Shown here in pieces: positions 9,698 through 18,799 of a stretch of 64,000 nucleotides of DNA. Position numbers and translations under genes: made by a program. The notes under the pieces are model-generated. The model saw only the letters and a program-made list of their open reading frames with translations, searched no databases and had not been told where the DNA came from. This stretch comes from Desulfatiglandales bacterium (GTDB lineage Bacteria; Desulfobacterota; DSM-4660; Desulfatiglandales; Desulfatiglandaceae), in NCBI GenBank assembly GCA_963666345.1, contig OY762721.1:3488001-3552000 (forward strand), in the 5' to 3' direction. Position 1 is the first letter of the stretch; every line of letters starts with the position of its first letter.

Positions 9698-11245
9698 CTA
9701 CCTTACGGAGGGGAACAGGGATCTGTCCGTGTGGGGTATGAATTTTGCGGCGCTGAAAAGATTCATGAATTCCTGGTTCACGTTGAGTTCGATATATGTG
9801 AGCTGTTCCCTTATCCGAACAAGCTCCTGCCGCGCATCAAGTGAAACAAGCGCCTTGATCGCGCCCTTAAGAGAGCTGTTTCCCAGCACGACATAGGAGT
9901 CCACCGGCAGATCGGGTATCATGCCGAGTGTGATGGCCGAGCGGGGATCGATATAGGAGCCGAACGTCCCTGCCACATAAAATCTGTCTATGTCACCAAG
10001 GGGTATGCCTATAATATTGCTCACCGTGGTAAGTATGGTATACATGGCCGCCTTCGAACGCATCAGGGAATCAATGTCGGGCTGGCTGAGCGTGAGAGGC
10101 CTTCCTGTTCCGGAGATATCGGCGGGGACAAGCATGAACCTGTCCATACCTCCGGAGTTCATGAGTCGTTTTCCGCAATTTTTGACTACAAATTTGCCCC
10201 TCAGATCTATCATCCCGTATACAAACATCTGAGCCACAAGATCCAGGAGCCCCGACCCGCAGATGCCTATCGGTTTGCCGCCATTGATCGTGCTTATGTC
10301 GAAGCGGCCTGAATCCCGGTCATAAGAGACCCTGTCGATAACACCCGGTCCGGCCATCATGCCCATTGACGCGACACCTCCTTCAAGCGCTGGCCCCGCA
10401 GCCCCTGCGCAGCCCATGAGCCATTCGTTGTTGCCCACGATCACCTCCGCGTTGGTGCCGACGTCCACGAGAAACGATACCCTGTCCTGTTCCCTCATGC
10501 CGGAGGCGATGATGCCTGCCATCAGGTCCCCGCCCAGATAACTGCCCACATTAGGGGATATGAGAACCGGGGCGCATCTGTTGACGTTGAGTCCGATCTC
10601 TTCCGCCCTCAGGATTTCAGGTGTGTTTACGGCAGGTATATAAGGTTCTCTGCAGATCCAGTAGGGATCAAGACCCAGAAAAAAATGGGTCATGGTTGTA
10701 TTTCCGGCGGCCGAAATTCCGACAATCGAGGAGACCTCTATGCCATGTCTTCCTGCAACCCTTGATATCTCCTCGTTTAATCCCTCAACCAGAAGCCGTT
10801 GGAGTCTTTTGAGTCCGCCGCTTTCGGCCGCGTAGTGTATCCTGGTCAATATGTCCGGGCCGATATGGATTTGCGGATTTGTGAAGGTGGATTCCTCAAT
10901 CACCTTTGAGGTGACAAGATCAATCAGCCCCAATACGACCGTGGAGGTCCCCAGATCAACCGCGATTCCATAGATCCTGTGTTTTCCGGGCGGGTAGATA
11001 TCAATCAGGTTCCAGCCGTTTTCCCCGAAGTAGAGCGCCGCAAGGACATCGTAGTCGTTTTCCCTCAGGAGGCGGGGGAGTCCGGCAAGGAGGGTATAGG
11101 GGATGTGAACTCTTTTGTCCTTAATGACTTTTTTGACGGCCCTTGAAAGGCGATCGGCATCGGCCGAGTTGTCGTCAAGACTCGGTCTTTTGATATCAGG
11201 GGCAACAAGCCTTATCCATGGTGAACTGCCTCTGTCGTCGGACAT
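9698..11245 (-). CDS. ASKHA-domain (DUF4445/RACo-like) protein, without N-terminal 2Fe-2S domain
   Basis: GIAVDLGTST, NPQ..GPDILTRI, AGNTTMTH, VDVGTNAE, AAGPALEG, GICGSG, AGTFG, GNSSLKGA. Confidence 0.85.
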   Translation of the reverse strand: MSDDRGSSPWIRLVAPDIKRPSLDDNSADADRLSRAVKKVIKDKRVHIPYTLLAGLPRLLRENDYDVLAALYFGENGWNLIDIYPPGKHRIYGIAVDLGTSTVVLGLIDLVTSKVIEESTFTNPQIHIGPDILTRIHYAAESGGLKRLQRLLVEGLNEEISRVAGRHGIEVSSIVGISAAGNTTMTHFFLGLDPYWICREPYIPAVNTPEILRAEEIGLNVNRCAPVLISPNVGSYLGGDLMAGIIASGMREQDRVSFLVDVGTNAEVIVGNNEWLMGCAGAAGPALEGGVASMGMMAGPGVIDRVSYDRDSGRFDISTINGGKPIGICGSGLLDLVAQMFVYGMIDLRGKFVVKNCGKRLMNSGGMDRFMLVPADISGTGRPLTLSQPDIDSLMRSKAAMYTILTTVSNIIGIPLGDIDRFYVAGTFGSYIDPRSAITLGMIPDLPVDSYVVLGNSSLKGAIKALVSLDARQELVRIREQLTYIELNVNQEFMNLFSAAKFIPHTDRSLFPSVR

Positions 11246-11311
11246 GTCTCACATTCTTTTTCTGCTGTTTACATGGGAGTTGCAGGCCATGAAATCAAAG
11301 GTCTTTTCAAT

Positions 11312-11650
11312 TTAACCTATTTTTTCAAAACGTTCATAATAGCCTATGAGCGCACCTTGCCTGTCTCGAACGGCAATGACGGTCAGGTTTTCATTCTCCG
11401 AGCTCACCTTGAGGAATACCTCGTCTTCACCCTTCTTCATCCTGTCGTGGATTTCCCTGACCCTTTCATTTGACTCCGGTTTGTGACAGTCAAAAAGGGA
11501 TTTTCCAACCAGGTCCGGGTAACCCCGTTTATCGTAGTATCTTTTCTCCGCCGGTTTATTGAGATATCTGATGATGTGGTCATTATCAACAAAAACGATC
11601 GGATGATTTATAGTATCAAGTATAGCCAGCAGCGTTTCGGTATCTTTCAT
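11312..11650 (-). CDS. Stand-alone PAS-domain protein
   Basis: ILDTINHPIVFVDNDHIIRYLN...LVGKSLFDCH. Confidence 0.75.
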   Translation of the reverse strand: MKDTETLLAILDTINHPIVFVDNDHIIRYLNKPAEKRYYDKRGYPDLVGKSLFDCHKPESNERVREIHDRMKKGEDEVFLKVSSENENLTVIAVRDRQGALIGYYERFEKIG

Positions 11651-11656
11651 CTATTT

Positions 11657-12073
11657 TCATTCTCCTATTATCTTGATTAGTACCCGTTTTCTTCTGCGTC
11701 CGTCAAATTCGCCGTAGAATATCTGCTCCCATGTCCCGAAGTCAAGCCTACCGTCGGTTATGGCGACCACGACCTCCCTGCCCATGACCTGCCTTTTCAT
11801 ATGGGCGTCGGCATTGTCCTCACCTATATTATGCCTGTATTGAGACACCGGCGCGTGGGGTGCGAGTCTCTCAAGCCAGACATCATAGTCATGATGAAGG
11901 CCCGATTCATCGTCGTTTATAAATACGGATGCCGTTATGTGCATGGCATTTACGAGCAGGAGCCCCTCTTTTATGCCGCTTTGCTCAAGGCATTCTTCGA
12001 CCCTGGGTGTTATATTTATAAAGGCTCTTCTTGAAGGAACCTCGAACCACAGCTCTTTTCTGTAACTTTTCAT
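11657..12073 (-). CDS. YjbQ/UPF0047 family protein
   Basis: [38 protein letters not shown]. Confidence 0.9.
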   Translation of the reverse strand: MKSYRKELWFEVPSRRAFINITPRVEECLEQSGIKEGLLLVNAMHITASVFINDDESGLHHDYDVWLERLAPHAPVSQYRHNIGEDNADAHMKRQVMGREVVVAITDGRLDFGTWEQIFYGEFDGRRRKRVLIKIIGE

Positions 12074-12249
12074 CCGCCTGTCCTCAAATCGGGTAGGGTA
12101 TTACCCGCCTTGTCCGTGGGATAGATCTATTGCAACCATATGACCCCCAAAAAAGGCCGTCTTACAGACCTCAAGTCCCGGTGGAATATGGCTCGGGAAT
12201 ATGAGGCGTCCGGCGGCCCTGATTTTGATCTCAGGCTAAAGGAAAAGGG

Positions 12250-12681
12250 TCATTCGGCTCCACCCATGCGGAGGGAAAACTTGCCTATGTATCTGTCGGC
12301 AATCACTCCCGCCACCCGCTCCATGACCTTTAGCGCATCCAGGGGATATTTTTCAAGGATATTCTTGAGGCTTTCCCCATCTATCTTGTACACACTGCAC
12401 CTGCTCTGGCATTCGGCCCTTGTCCTGTTTCTGCGGGGTTCCACCATGGCCGACCATCCGAATACCTGGCCTTCCCTGTCAACAGGGAAATGGAAACGGT
12501 CAAGACCCCGGATGGTGATGTCTATCTCCCCCTCAATAAGGATATAAAGGAAATCCGCGAAATCCCCCTTCCGGAATACGATATGACCAAAGGGAAGGGT
12601 GTCTTCACTGCAGATTTCTTCTATCTCAGTCAGAAGTTGCGGTCCGATTCCTTTGAACAGGGGCACATCCTTTAAAAGCAT
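12250..12681 (-). CDS. Cyclic-nucleotide-binding domain protein (no HTH)
   Basis: LKDVPLF, VFRKGDFADFLYILIEGEI, GQVFGWSA; GGAGG RBS. Confidence 0.8.
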   Translation of the reverse strand: MLLKDVPLFKGIGPQLLTEIEEICSEDTLPFGHIVFRKGDFADFLYILIEGEIDITIRGLDRFHFPVDREGQVFGWSAMVEPRRNRTRAECQSRCSVYKIDGESLKNILEKYPLDALKVMERVAGVIADRYIGKFSLRMGGAE

Positions 12682-13099
12682 GATTTTCCTCCCATGTTTG
12701 AGTGGATTGCGATTGAGGGTTAGAAAGCCTTATGAACGCAGCCGATCCCCGCTTTGTTCAATTTGAGAAAACCTGTTTCCGTGGGACGGATCGGAAATAG
12801 AACGGCTCTGCCGTCAATGTGGGGTGCCTGAGTCTGTGGAGTCGTTTCAATTAGCGCCAGGCCCTTTGGGCCGGGATGTTCTTCTTGAGCAGCAGGTATT
12901 TGAAGCGGTTTTATCACTATAGGCTTATGTCGATCTGATTGATGAGAAGATAAAAAAACGTTCAAGTCAAGAAAAAAACCAAGATTTCCTTTCGGGTGTG
13001 CAAAAGGAGGTGCCTGCCGTGTTTGAGTATTTCCCTTGATTTTTTTTTGTGCTAAGGTGAAATATAGATATATTAAAATTTCCGTAATGGAGGTGTGTA

Positions 13100-13666
13100 A
13101 TGGGTTGGATAGGAGTAAAGGATTTGATGGTGCCACTTTCAGAATACGCAACCGTATCAGAGGATGCGACCCTTCGTGAGGCGGTTATGGCCCTTGAAAA
13201 GGCACAGGAAGAATTTGCCAGGACAGGGCATCTGTATCTGCACAGGGCAGTGCTCGTCTACAATAAGGCCGGGAAGATCGTGGGGAAGGTCAGCCAGCTC
13301 GATGTGTTGAGCGCGCTTGAGCCTAAATACAAGGAAATCAGTAACGGCAAGGGGATGTCCTACTACGGGTTCACGCAGAAATTCATAAGGTCGATGATGG
13401 ATCAGTACTCCCTGCTTGATAAGCCTCTTAACAATCTTTTGAGAAAGGCGTCGGAGCAACGGGTGAAAAATTTTGTCAGCAGGCCTACAGAGGGTGAATA
13501 TATAGAAGAAGACGCGTCTCTGGACAAGGCCATTCATCAGTTTGTAATCGGTCAGCATCAGTCACTTCTGGTGACAGGGCAAGATGAGATAGTCGGGATA
13601 CTCAGGCTTACGGATGTTTTTAATGCCATCTTTCAGGAGATAAAGGCGGACGAGGCAGGGGAATAG
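13100..13666 (+). CDS. CBS-domain protein
   Basis: VKDLMVPL..YATV..DATL..A, IVGILRLTDVF; GGAGG RBS. Confidence 0.82.
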   Translation: MGWIGVKDLMVPLSEYATVSEDATLREAVMALEKAQEEFARTGHLYLHRAVLVYNKAGKIVGKVSQLDVLSALEPKYKEISNGKGMSYYGFTQKFIRSMMDQYSLLDKPLNNLLRKASEQRVKNFVSRPTEGEYIEEDASLDKAIHQFVIGQHQSLLVTGQDEIVGILRLTDVFNAIFQEIKADEAGE

Positions 13667-13930
13667 GAGTCTCCCACTGTCCAACAGGTGATTAACAACC
13701 TCTGCAACATGAACCGCACTGCAAACGGTTTCCTGTAAAGCAATCAGTGCCACAGGCTAATTCTCATCAGAAAACGCCCTTCCCCGGTTTTGTGCCGTCG
13801 GCAAAAGAGAAGAAGAACAGGAGTCGTTGTTCTGAAAGCCGAATGGGCCGGGCCGGACAACACCTGCCGATCCGATATCTCGACCCTGAAAAATAAATGG
13901 ATTATCTCCACAAGAGTTGATCCAAATGAA

Positions 13931-13992
13931 GGTTTCTTTGCTCTGCTTACGCTCCGCTCAGTCCCACTGCTTCGCAGCGGGTTCCCGGTTTC
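13931..13992 (-). repeat. ~60-bp hairpin repeat, copy 2 (inverted), bounded by direct GGTTTC
   Basis: Reverse strand reads GAAACCGGGAACCCGC-[TGCGAAGCA]-GTGGGACTGAGCGGAGCGTAAGCAGAGCAAAGAAACC; absent from the equivalent site of copy B. Confidence 0.85.
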
Positions 13993-14029
13993 TCATGGAA
14001 GGGGTCAAGGGTTCTAGGGTTCGAGCGAA

Positions 14030-14340
14030 ATGCTTAAAAATTATAAAGAGTTAAACGTTCGGCAAAAATCGTTTACGCTTTGACCTTCCGAATCAGAAGA
14101 TCCGCTGTTTCCATAGCGTCGAATATCGCCTGAGGGTATGGGAGGGAAACGACTATAGCGTATGTGAGATTTCTCTATATTGCATATGGTTCAGTCTGTG
14201 AATTGGAAACCCGGGCCATGATATCAGGTGACCTGGGTTATGTGGAAAAAGACAGGCTTCAGCAATTAAGAGGGGAAATCGGGGATGTCGGGACAATGCT
14301 CAAAGCGATGATCAAATCCCTTGAAAGAAAACCCTTGAAA
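14030..14340 (+). pseudogene. Four-helix-bundle protein (23S rRNA IVP/TIGR02436-like) pseudogene
   Basis: MLKNYKELNV.QKS, then a deletion and frameshift, IRRSAVSIASNIA*GYGR (in-frame TGA at 14131), RFLYIAYGSVCELET. Confidence 0.85.
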
Positions 14341-14406
14341 CCGGGAACCCGCCCTGAGCTGGCCGAAGGGTGGGACTGCGCGAAGCGTAAGCGAAGCAAA
14401 GAATCC
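14337..14406 (+). repeat. ~60-bp hairpin repeat, copy 3
   Basis: GAAACCGGGAACCCGC-[CCTGAGCTGGCCGAAGG]-GTGGGACTGCGCGAAGCGTAAGCGAAGCAAAGAATCC; identical to 48503-48572. Confidence 0.9.
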
Positions 14407-14581
14407 TTGAATCCTGGAACCCTTGGACCCTTTCTCCCAACTAATTGGGAGCAGAACCAGATAAATTAATCTGGACATGAAGCGCTTTTGGAGATAGACA
14501 CGGCAACATGCTTGTCATAGGATATAACGTGTTATTATTGTGTTCTTTTTGATGGAGCTATATTTTTTTAAGGAGGAATAA

Positions 14582-16714
14582 ATGAGTGATATTGAGTCAA
14601 TCATAAATCCCAAATCGATAGCTATCGTAGGGGCCACAAACCGCCCCGGAAGCGTCGGTTTGGCAGTTTTCAAGAACCTGCTTCAGGCCGGATACAAGGG
14701 TGTGCTCTATCCAGTCAACCCGAAGGCAATGTCAATCCAGGGCGTCAAGAGTTATCCGAGGCTCGTAAGCATTCCCGACCCTGTTGATATGGCTGTTATT
14801 ATCGTCCCCTCCGAAAGGGTCGCCTCCGTTGTCGAGGAAGCGGCCTATAAGAAGATCAGGGGTTGTATCGTTATAACCGCGGGCTTCAAGGAGGTGGGAG
14901 GCCGGGGAATCGAACTGGAAAAAGAACTCAGGGAACTGGCCGCTAAACATGGCATTCGCCTGGTTGGTCCCAACTGTCTCGGTATAATAAATACCAATAA
15001 TCAGGTATGCATGAACGCAAGCTTTGCCCGCGTAATGCCTTCTCAGGGGAATATCGCCTTTATATCACAATCAGGGGCACTATGTACCTCGGTACTTGAT
15101 ATCGCCGCCGGTAAAAACATCGGATTTTCAAAATTTGTGAGCTTCGGCAACAAGACGGACGTAAACGAGGTCGATTTTTTGAGGTACCTTAAAGATGATC
15201 CGGATACGGATGTCATACTCCTCTACCTCGAGGACATAACCGAAGGCCGTGCCTTTATGGAGGTGTCAAGGCAGATTACCCTGGAAACGGGTAAACCGAT
15301 ACTGGCCCTGAAATCGGGAAGATCCGCCGAAGGTGCCAAGGCCGCAGCCTCTCACACCGGCTCTCTTGCAGGTTCGGACACAAGCTATGACGCCATTTTT
15401 GAGCAAAGCGGGATTCAGAGGGTGGAAGGAGTGACCGAGCTTTTCTACTATGCCCAGGCATTTTCCATGCAGCCGCTTCCCAAGGGAAGAAGGGTCGCTA
15501 TCGTTACAAATGCAGGGGGGCCTGGTATTATGGCCACGGACGCGGCCATAAGACACGGCCTGAAACTGGCCGAACTGTCCCGGAAGACAAAGGACAAACT
15601 GAAGGATCAGCTGCCTGATACCGCAAGCATTGCAAATCCGGTGGATGTCATAGGTGATGCCACTCATGATCGCTATGAGGCGGCTTTGAGGACCACCCTG
15701 ATGGATGACGGGGTGGATTGCGCCATTGTTATCCTTACTCCCCAGGCCATGACCGATATCCTTGAGACCGCCGAGATAGTCCCCCGGGTGGCAAAGGCCG
15801 TCAAAAAGCCTATCCTCTGCTCATTTATGGGGCTTGTTGATGTCTCGGAAGGGGTCAGATATCTTGCTCAAAACGGCATACCCAATTATGAGCTGCCGGA
15901 GGGCGCGGTCAGAAGCATGGCTGCCATGGTAAGATTCGCCGAAGATCTGGAGCCGCGCAGGTGGGAAAAAAGGGATTTCAAGGAAATCTCCGTTGACAAG
16001 GACCGGGCCACCCGGATCATAAAAGAAAAACTCACGGAAAAAACCGAATGCTATCTTCCTGAAAAGGACGCATCGGAGATCCTGAGCTGTTACGGGTTCC
16101 CCATGCTCAAGAGTTCCGTGGTGCCGGATATCTCGGGGCTTGAATCCGCGCTCAAAGAAATAGGCCTTCCGGTGGCGATGAAGATAGATTCGCCTGATAT
16201 AATTCACAAGTCGGACGCAGGAGGCGTCAGGCTCAAGATAAAGACCGTGGAGGAGGCGCGCAAGGCCTTTGAAGAGATAATCGAGAATGCGAAGGCATAC
16301 AGATCGGATGTGCGTATCACGGGAGTGCTTGTGGAGGAAATGGCTGAAAGCGGTATGGAGGCGATCCTGGGTGCTACGAGGGATCCCAATTTCGGGCCGA
16401 TGTGCATGTTCGGTCTTGGAGGCATATTCGTAGAGGCGATGAAGGATGTTACCTTCCGGCTGGCCCCTATGTGGGAATCGAGCGCAGAGGACATGATTCA
16501 ATCCATAAAGGCCTACAAGGTGCTGAAAGGCGTAAGGGGAAATCCGCCGTCCGATATCGAGGCCCTCAAGGATTGCATTCTGAGGCTGTCCCAGCTGGTT
16601 TCAGAGCACAATGAAATAAAGGAACTGGATATAAATCCTCTTATCATCTATTCGGAAGGAAAGGGGTGCAGGGTCGCGGATGCCCGCATATTGTTATCCA
16701 GGCCCGATTATTGA
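14582..16714 (+). CDS. ADP-forming acetate/acyl-CoA ligase (fused alpha-beta)
   Basis: PKSIAIVGA, YPVNP, GPNCLG, SQSGA, SHTGSLAG, TNAGGPG, NPVD, HKSDAGGV, ELDINPL. Confidence 0.9.
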   Translation: MSDIESIINPKSIAIVGATNRPGSVGLAVFKNLLQAGYKGVLYPVNPKAMSIQGVKSYPRLVSIPDPVDMAVIIVPSERVASVVEEAAYKKIRGCIVITAGFKEVGGRGIELEKELRELAAKHGIRLVGPNCLGIINTNNQVCMNASFARVMPSQGNIAFISQSGALCTSVLDIAAGKNIGFSKFVSFGNKTDVNEVDFLRYLKDDPDTDVILLYLEDITEGRAFMEVSRQITLETGKPILALKSGRSAEGAKAAASHTGSLAGSDTSYDAIFEQSGIQRVEGVTELFYYAQAFSMQPLPKGRRVAIVTNAGGPGIMATDAAIRHGLKLAELSRKTKDKLKDQLPDTASIANPVDVIGDATHDRYEAALRTTLMDDGVDCAIVILTPQAMTDILETAEIVPRVAKAVKKPILCSFMGLVDVSEGVRYLAQNGIPNYELPEGAVRSMAAMVRFAEDLEPRRWEKRDFKEISVDKDRATRIIKEKLTEKTECYLPEKDASEILSCYGFPMLKSSVVPDISGLESALKEIGLPVAMKIDSPDIIHKSDAGGVRLKIKTVEEARKAFEEIIENAKAYRSDVRITGVLVEEMAESGMEAILGATRDPNFGPMCMFGLGGIFVEAMKDVTFRLAPMWESSAEDMIQSIKAYKVLKGVRGNPPSDIEALKDCILRLSQLVSEHNEIKELDINPLIIYSEGKGCRVADARILLSRPDY

Positions 16715-16916
16715 GGCGGTCTTAATCCGGGGACGCCCCTTTTGTCCTGTATCCGCATCAACCCGCGCAATCCGGTTTTTTCAGCTCGGAGTTGTCCGGC
16801 TGAAGATAAACGGGCCGGGTTGCTTGTGTTGAGCGGTTCTGCCGGTCTCCGGTGCGGGAACCCTTCGCGTCATCATATCGGGCCGTTTGTGCCGGCATGA
16901 CCTTGAGGTGAGTTTG

Positions 16917-17849
16917 ATGGATTCGGCAAGGATCGCCTTTATCGTAAATCCCAATTCAGCCGGGGGACTCACCGCCGGAAAGTGGCCGGAGATCCGCGCC
17001 GGGGCGAGGAGCAGGTTCGGGCGCATCGATTCCTTTATTACGGGAGGCCCCGGGGATGCGACCTCATTGACCAGGGAGGCGATTGCGTCGGGCGCGGACA
17101 TTATAGTCTGCATGGGCGGCGACGGCACTCTGAATGAAACCATAAACGGATTCATGGGTGGAAAAGGCCCTCTCAGGCAGGGCACGCTTCTCGGGTTCAT
17201 CCCCAGCGGGACAGGGTGCGATTTTGCCAGGTCCGTTCCCGTTCAAAGAGATGCCGTCCGATCCTTTGAAGACATAAGGACGCGCAGGCACAGGATTATA
17301 GATCTGGGAAGACTTAGCTACAGTAAAAACGGGGGCGGCACCGGGTCCAGGTATTTTCATAACGTGGTAAGTTTCGGCCTCGGAGGAGAGGTCGATTTGC
17401 GTGTAAAGGGGAGCGGAAAGGCCTTGGGAGGTTCCGTCTCGTTCATATGGGCCACGCTGGCATCCCTTTTATCATACAAAAAAAAGGTGATACGCATTGC
17501 GGTGGATGATATATTTGATGAACGGATCAGGTGCTGGAACGTGGCTGTCGCTAACGGCCAGTATCATGGGGGAGGGATGTGGATCGCCCCCGGATCAGAG
17601 GTCGCGGACGGATCTTTTCAGCTTACCATAATAGGGGATCTGTCCATGCGTCAGATTCTTCTGAACCTGCACAGGCTTTACAACGGGAGCATATATAAAC
17701 AGAAAATGGTTCAAATGGTAAGGGGAAGGCGCATAACGGCGGTTTCAGACAGCAGTGTCCTCATCGACATGGACGGCGAGCAGTGCGGACGGCTTCCCGC
17801 GGTCGTCGAGGTGGTTCCTTCCGTGCTGCCGATCATCTGCAGTGACTGA
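16917..17849 (+). CDS. Diacylglycerol kinase family lipid kinase
   Basis: IVNPNSAG, GGDGTLNE, PSGTGCDFAR, NGQYHGGG, DMDGE. Confidence 0.88.
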   Translation: MDSARIAFIVNPNSAGGLTAGKWPEIRAGARSRFGRIDSFITGGPGDATSLTREAIASGADIIVCMGGDGTLNETINGFMGGKGPLRQGTLLGFIPSGTGCDFARSVPVQRDAVRSFEDIRTRRHRIIDLGRLSYSKNGGGTGSRYFHNVVSFGLGGEVDLRVKGSGKALGGSVSFIWATLASLLSYKKKVIRIAVDDIFDERIRCWNVAVANGQYHGGGMWIAPGSEVADGSFQLTIIGDLSMRQILLNLHRLYNGSIYKQKMVQMVRGRRITAVSDSSVLIDMDGEQCGRLPAVVEVVPSVLPIICSD

Positions 17850-17899
17850 AAGGCCTTTGAGAAGCCGGGCGGCCCTTTGGGTGCTTTTTGATTCACGAG

Positions 17900-18238
17900 A
17901 TGAAATCGAGGTCTGTTTTGATGCAAACAGGTGGTTTCAAAAAGATAAACCACATGGCTATTTTAGGTTTTCTTCTACCCTTCGTTGCGATCGGAGCCGC
18001 CGGAGCGGTCCTTCTGATTGCGGGTAGCGATATGAATTATTCAGGGTATTCAATATGTTATATTTCGATAGTCCCTTTTCTGCTGCTTGCCGGGCTTGTT
18101 TCATCCATCAGGTCCATTCCCAGGATAGCTGACAGGGGTGATAAGGACTATGCCTTTTCAGGGCTCGTATTGAACATTTTCTTTATCTGCCTATATATCC
18201 TTTCCATGATTATTTTTCTTTTTAACTCCTCCAATTAA
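17900..18238 (+). CDS. Small membrane protein (3 TM), function unknown
   Basis: Three hydrophobic segments; start uncertain. Confidence 0.55.
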   Translation: MKSRSVLMQTGGFKKINHMAILGFLLPFVAIGAAGAVLLIAGSDMNYSGYSICYISIVPFLLLAGLVSSIRSIPRIADRGDKDYAFSGLVLNIFFICLYILSMIIFLFNSSN

Positions 18239-18272
18239 CAAGATATTTTCTCCTGTTGCAGGCCTTTTTTTC

Positions 18273-18347
18273 TTGACAAAGGAAATTGTTTGTGGCTATA
18301 AGTGTCACAAAGTGGTATAGAGTTCCATAAAGTGTCAGAAAGGGTCT
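18273..18347 (+). promoter_or_regulatory. dcw promoter with 10-bp-periodic MraZ-type boxes
   Basis: TTGACA (18273) and TATAAG (18297); units ataagtgtca, caaagtggta, tagagttcca, taaagtgtca, gaaagggtct just before mraZ. Confidence 0.75.
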
Positions 18348-18350
18348 GAA

Positions 18351-18788
18351 ATGTTCAGAGGTCGCTCAAGACATGCCCTCGACAGCAAGGGGCGGTTGGC
18401 AATTCCTGCAAGGTTCAAGGAAGTCCTTGAATCAAGGGATGAAAATTGTCTTGTGGTGACCAATCATGACAGTTGTCTGTGGGCCTTTTCAAGGGAAAAC
18501 TGGAGGGTAATCGAGGAAAAGGCGGCGAGCCTGCCTCAACTCGATATGGCCGTCAACACCTATCTCAGATATTTTATCTCCGGTGCGGTCGAATGTCCTA
18601 TAAAGCAGGGGAGGATAACCCTCCCGCTCGATTTGAGGGAGATCGCGGGTCTTAAGAAGGAAGTGGTCCTGGTGGGAGAGTTGAAGCGGTTCGAGATCTG
18701 GGAAAAGGACAGGTGGGAGGAAGAATTCAGGCGTGCCAGGGAAGCCTTCCCGGATGTCAGCCAGTCCCTGTCCGGGCTGGGCATATAA
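18351..18788 (+). CDS. mraZ: Division/cell wall cluster repressor MraZ
   Basis: MFRG...LDSKGRLAIPARF, QGRITLP, FEIW. Confidence 0.95.
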   Translation: MFRGRSRHALDSKGRLAIPARFKEVLESRDENCLVVTNHDSCLWAFSRENWRVIEEKAASLPQLDMAVNTYLRYFISGAVECPIKQGRITLPLDLREIAGLKKEVVLVGELKRFEIWEKDRWEEEFRRAREAFPDVSQSLSGLGI

Positions 18789-18799
18789 GGTTTGAAGAC

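Larger units (their letters stand above)
13899..14458 (+). mobile_element. Non-autonomous ~560-bp cassette with ISL3-like ends carrying a four-helix-bundle gene, copy A
   Basis: Imperfect inverted ends (13/22): GGATTATCTCCACAAGAGTTGA left versus the right end read inward, GGTTCTGCTCCCAATTAGTTGG; flanks AAATAAAT (13891-98) and AGATAAAT (14459-66); homologous end to end with 48072-48624. Confidence 0.7.

Noticed and set aside
14131..14133. In-frame TGA as selenocysteine
   Set aside because: It replaces the Glu of the family motif NIAEG, and the gene also has a deletion and frameshift
13899..14458. Diversity-generating retroelement (Avd is a four-helix bundle)
   Set aside because: No reverse transcriptase in the window, and differences between the two copies are not confined to adenines
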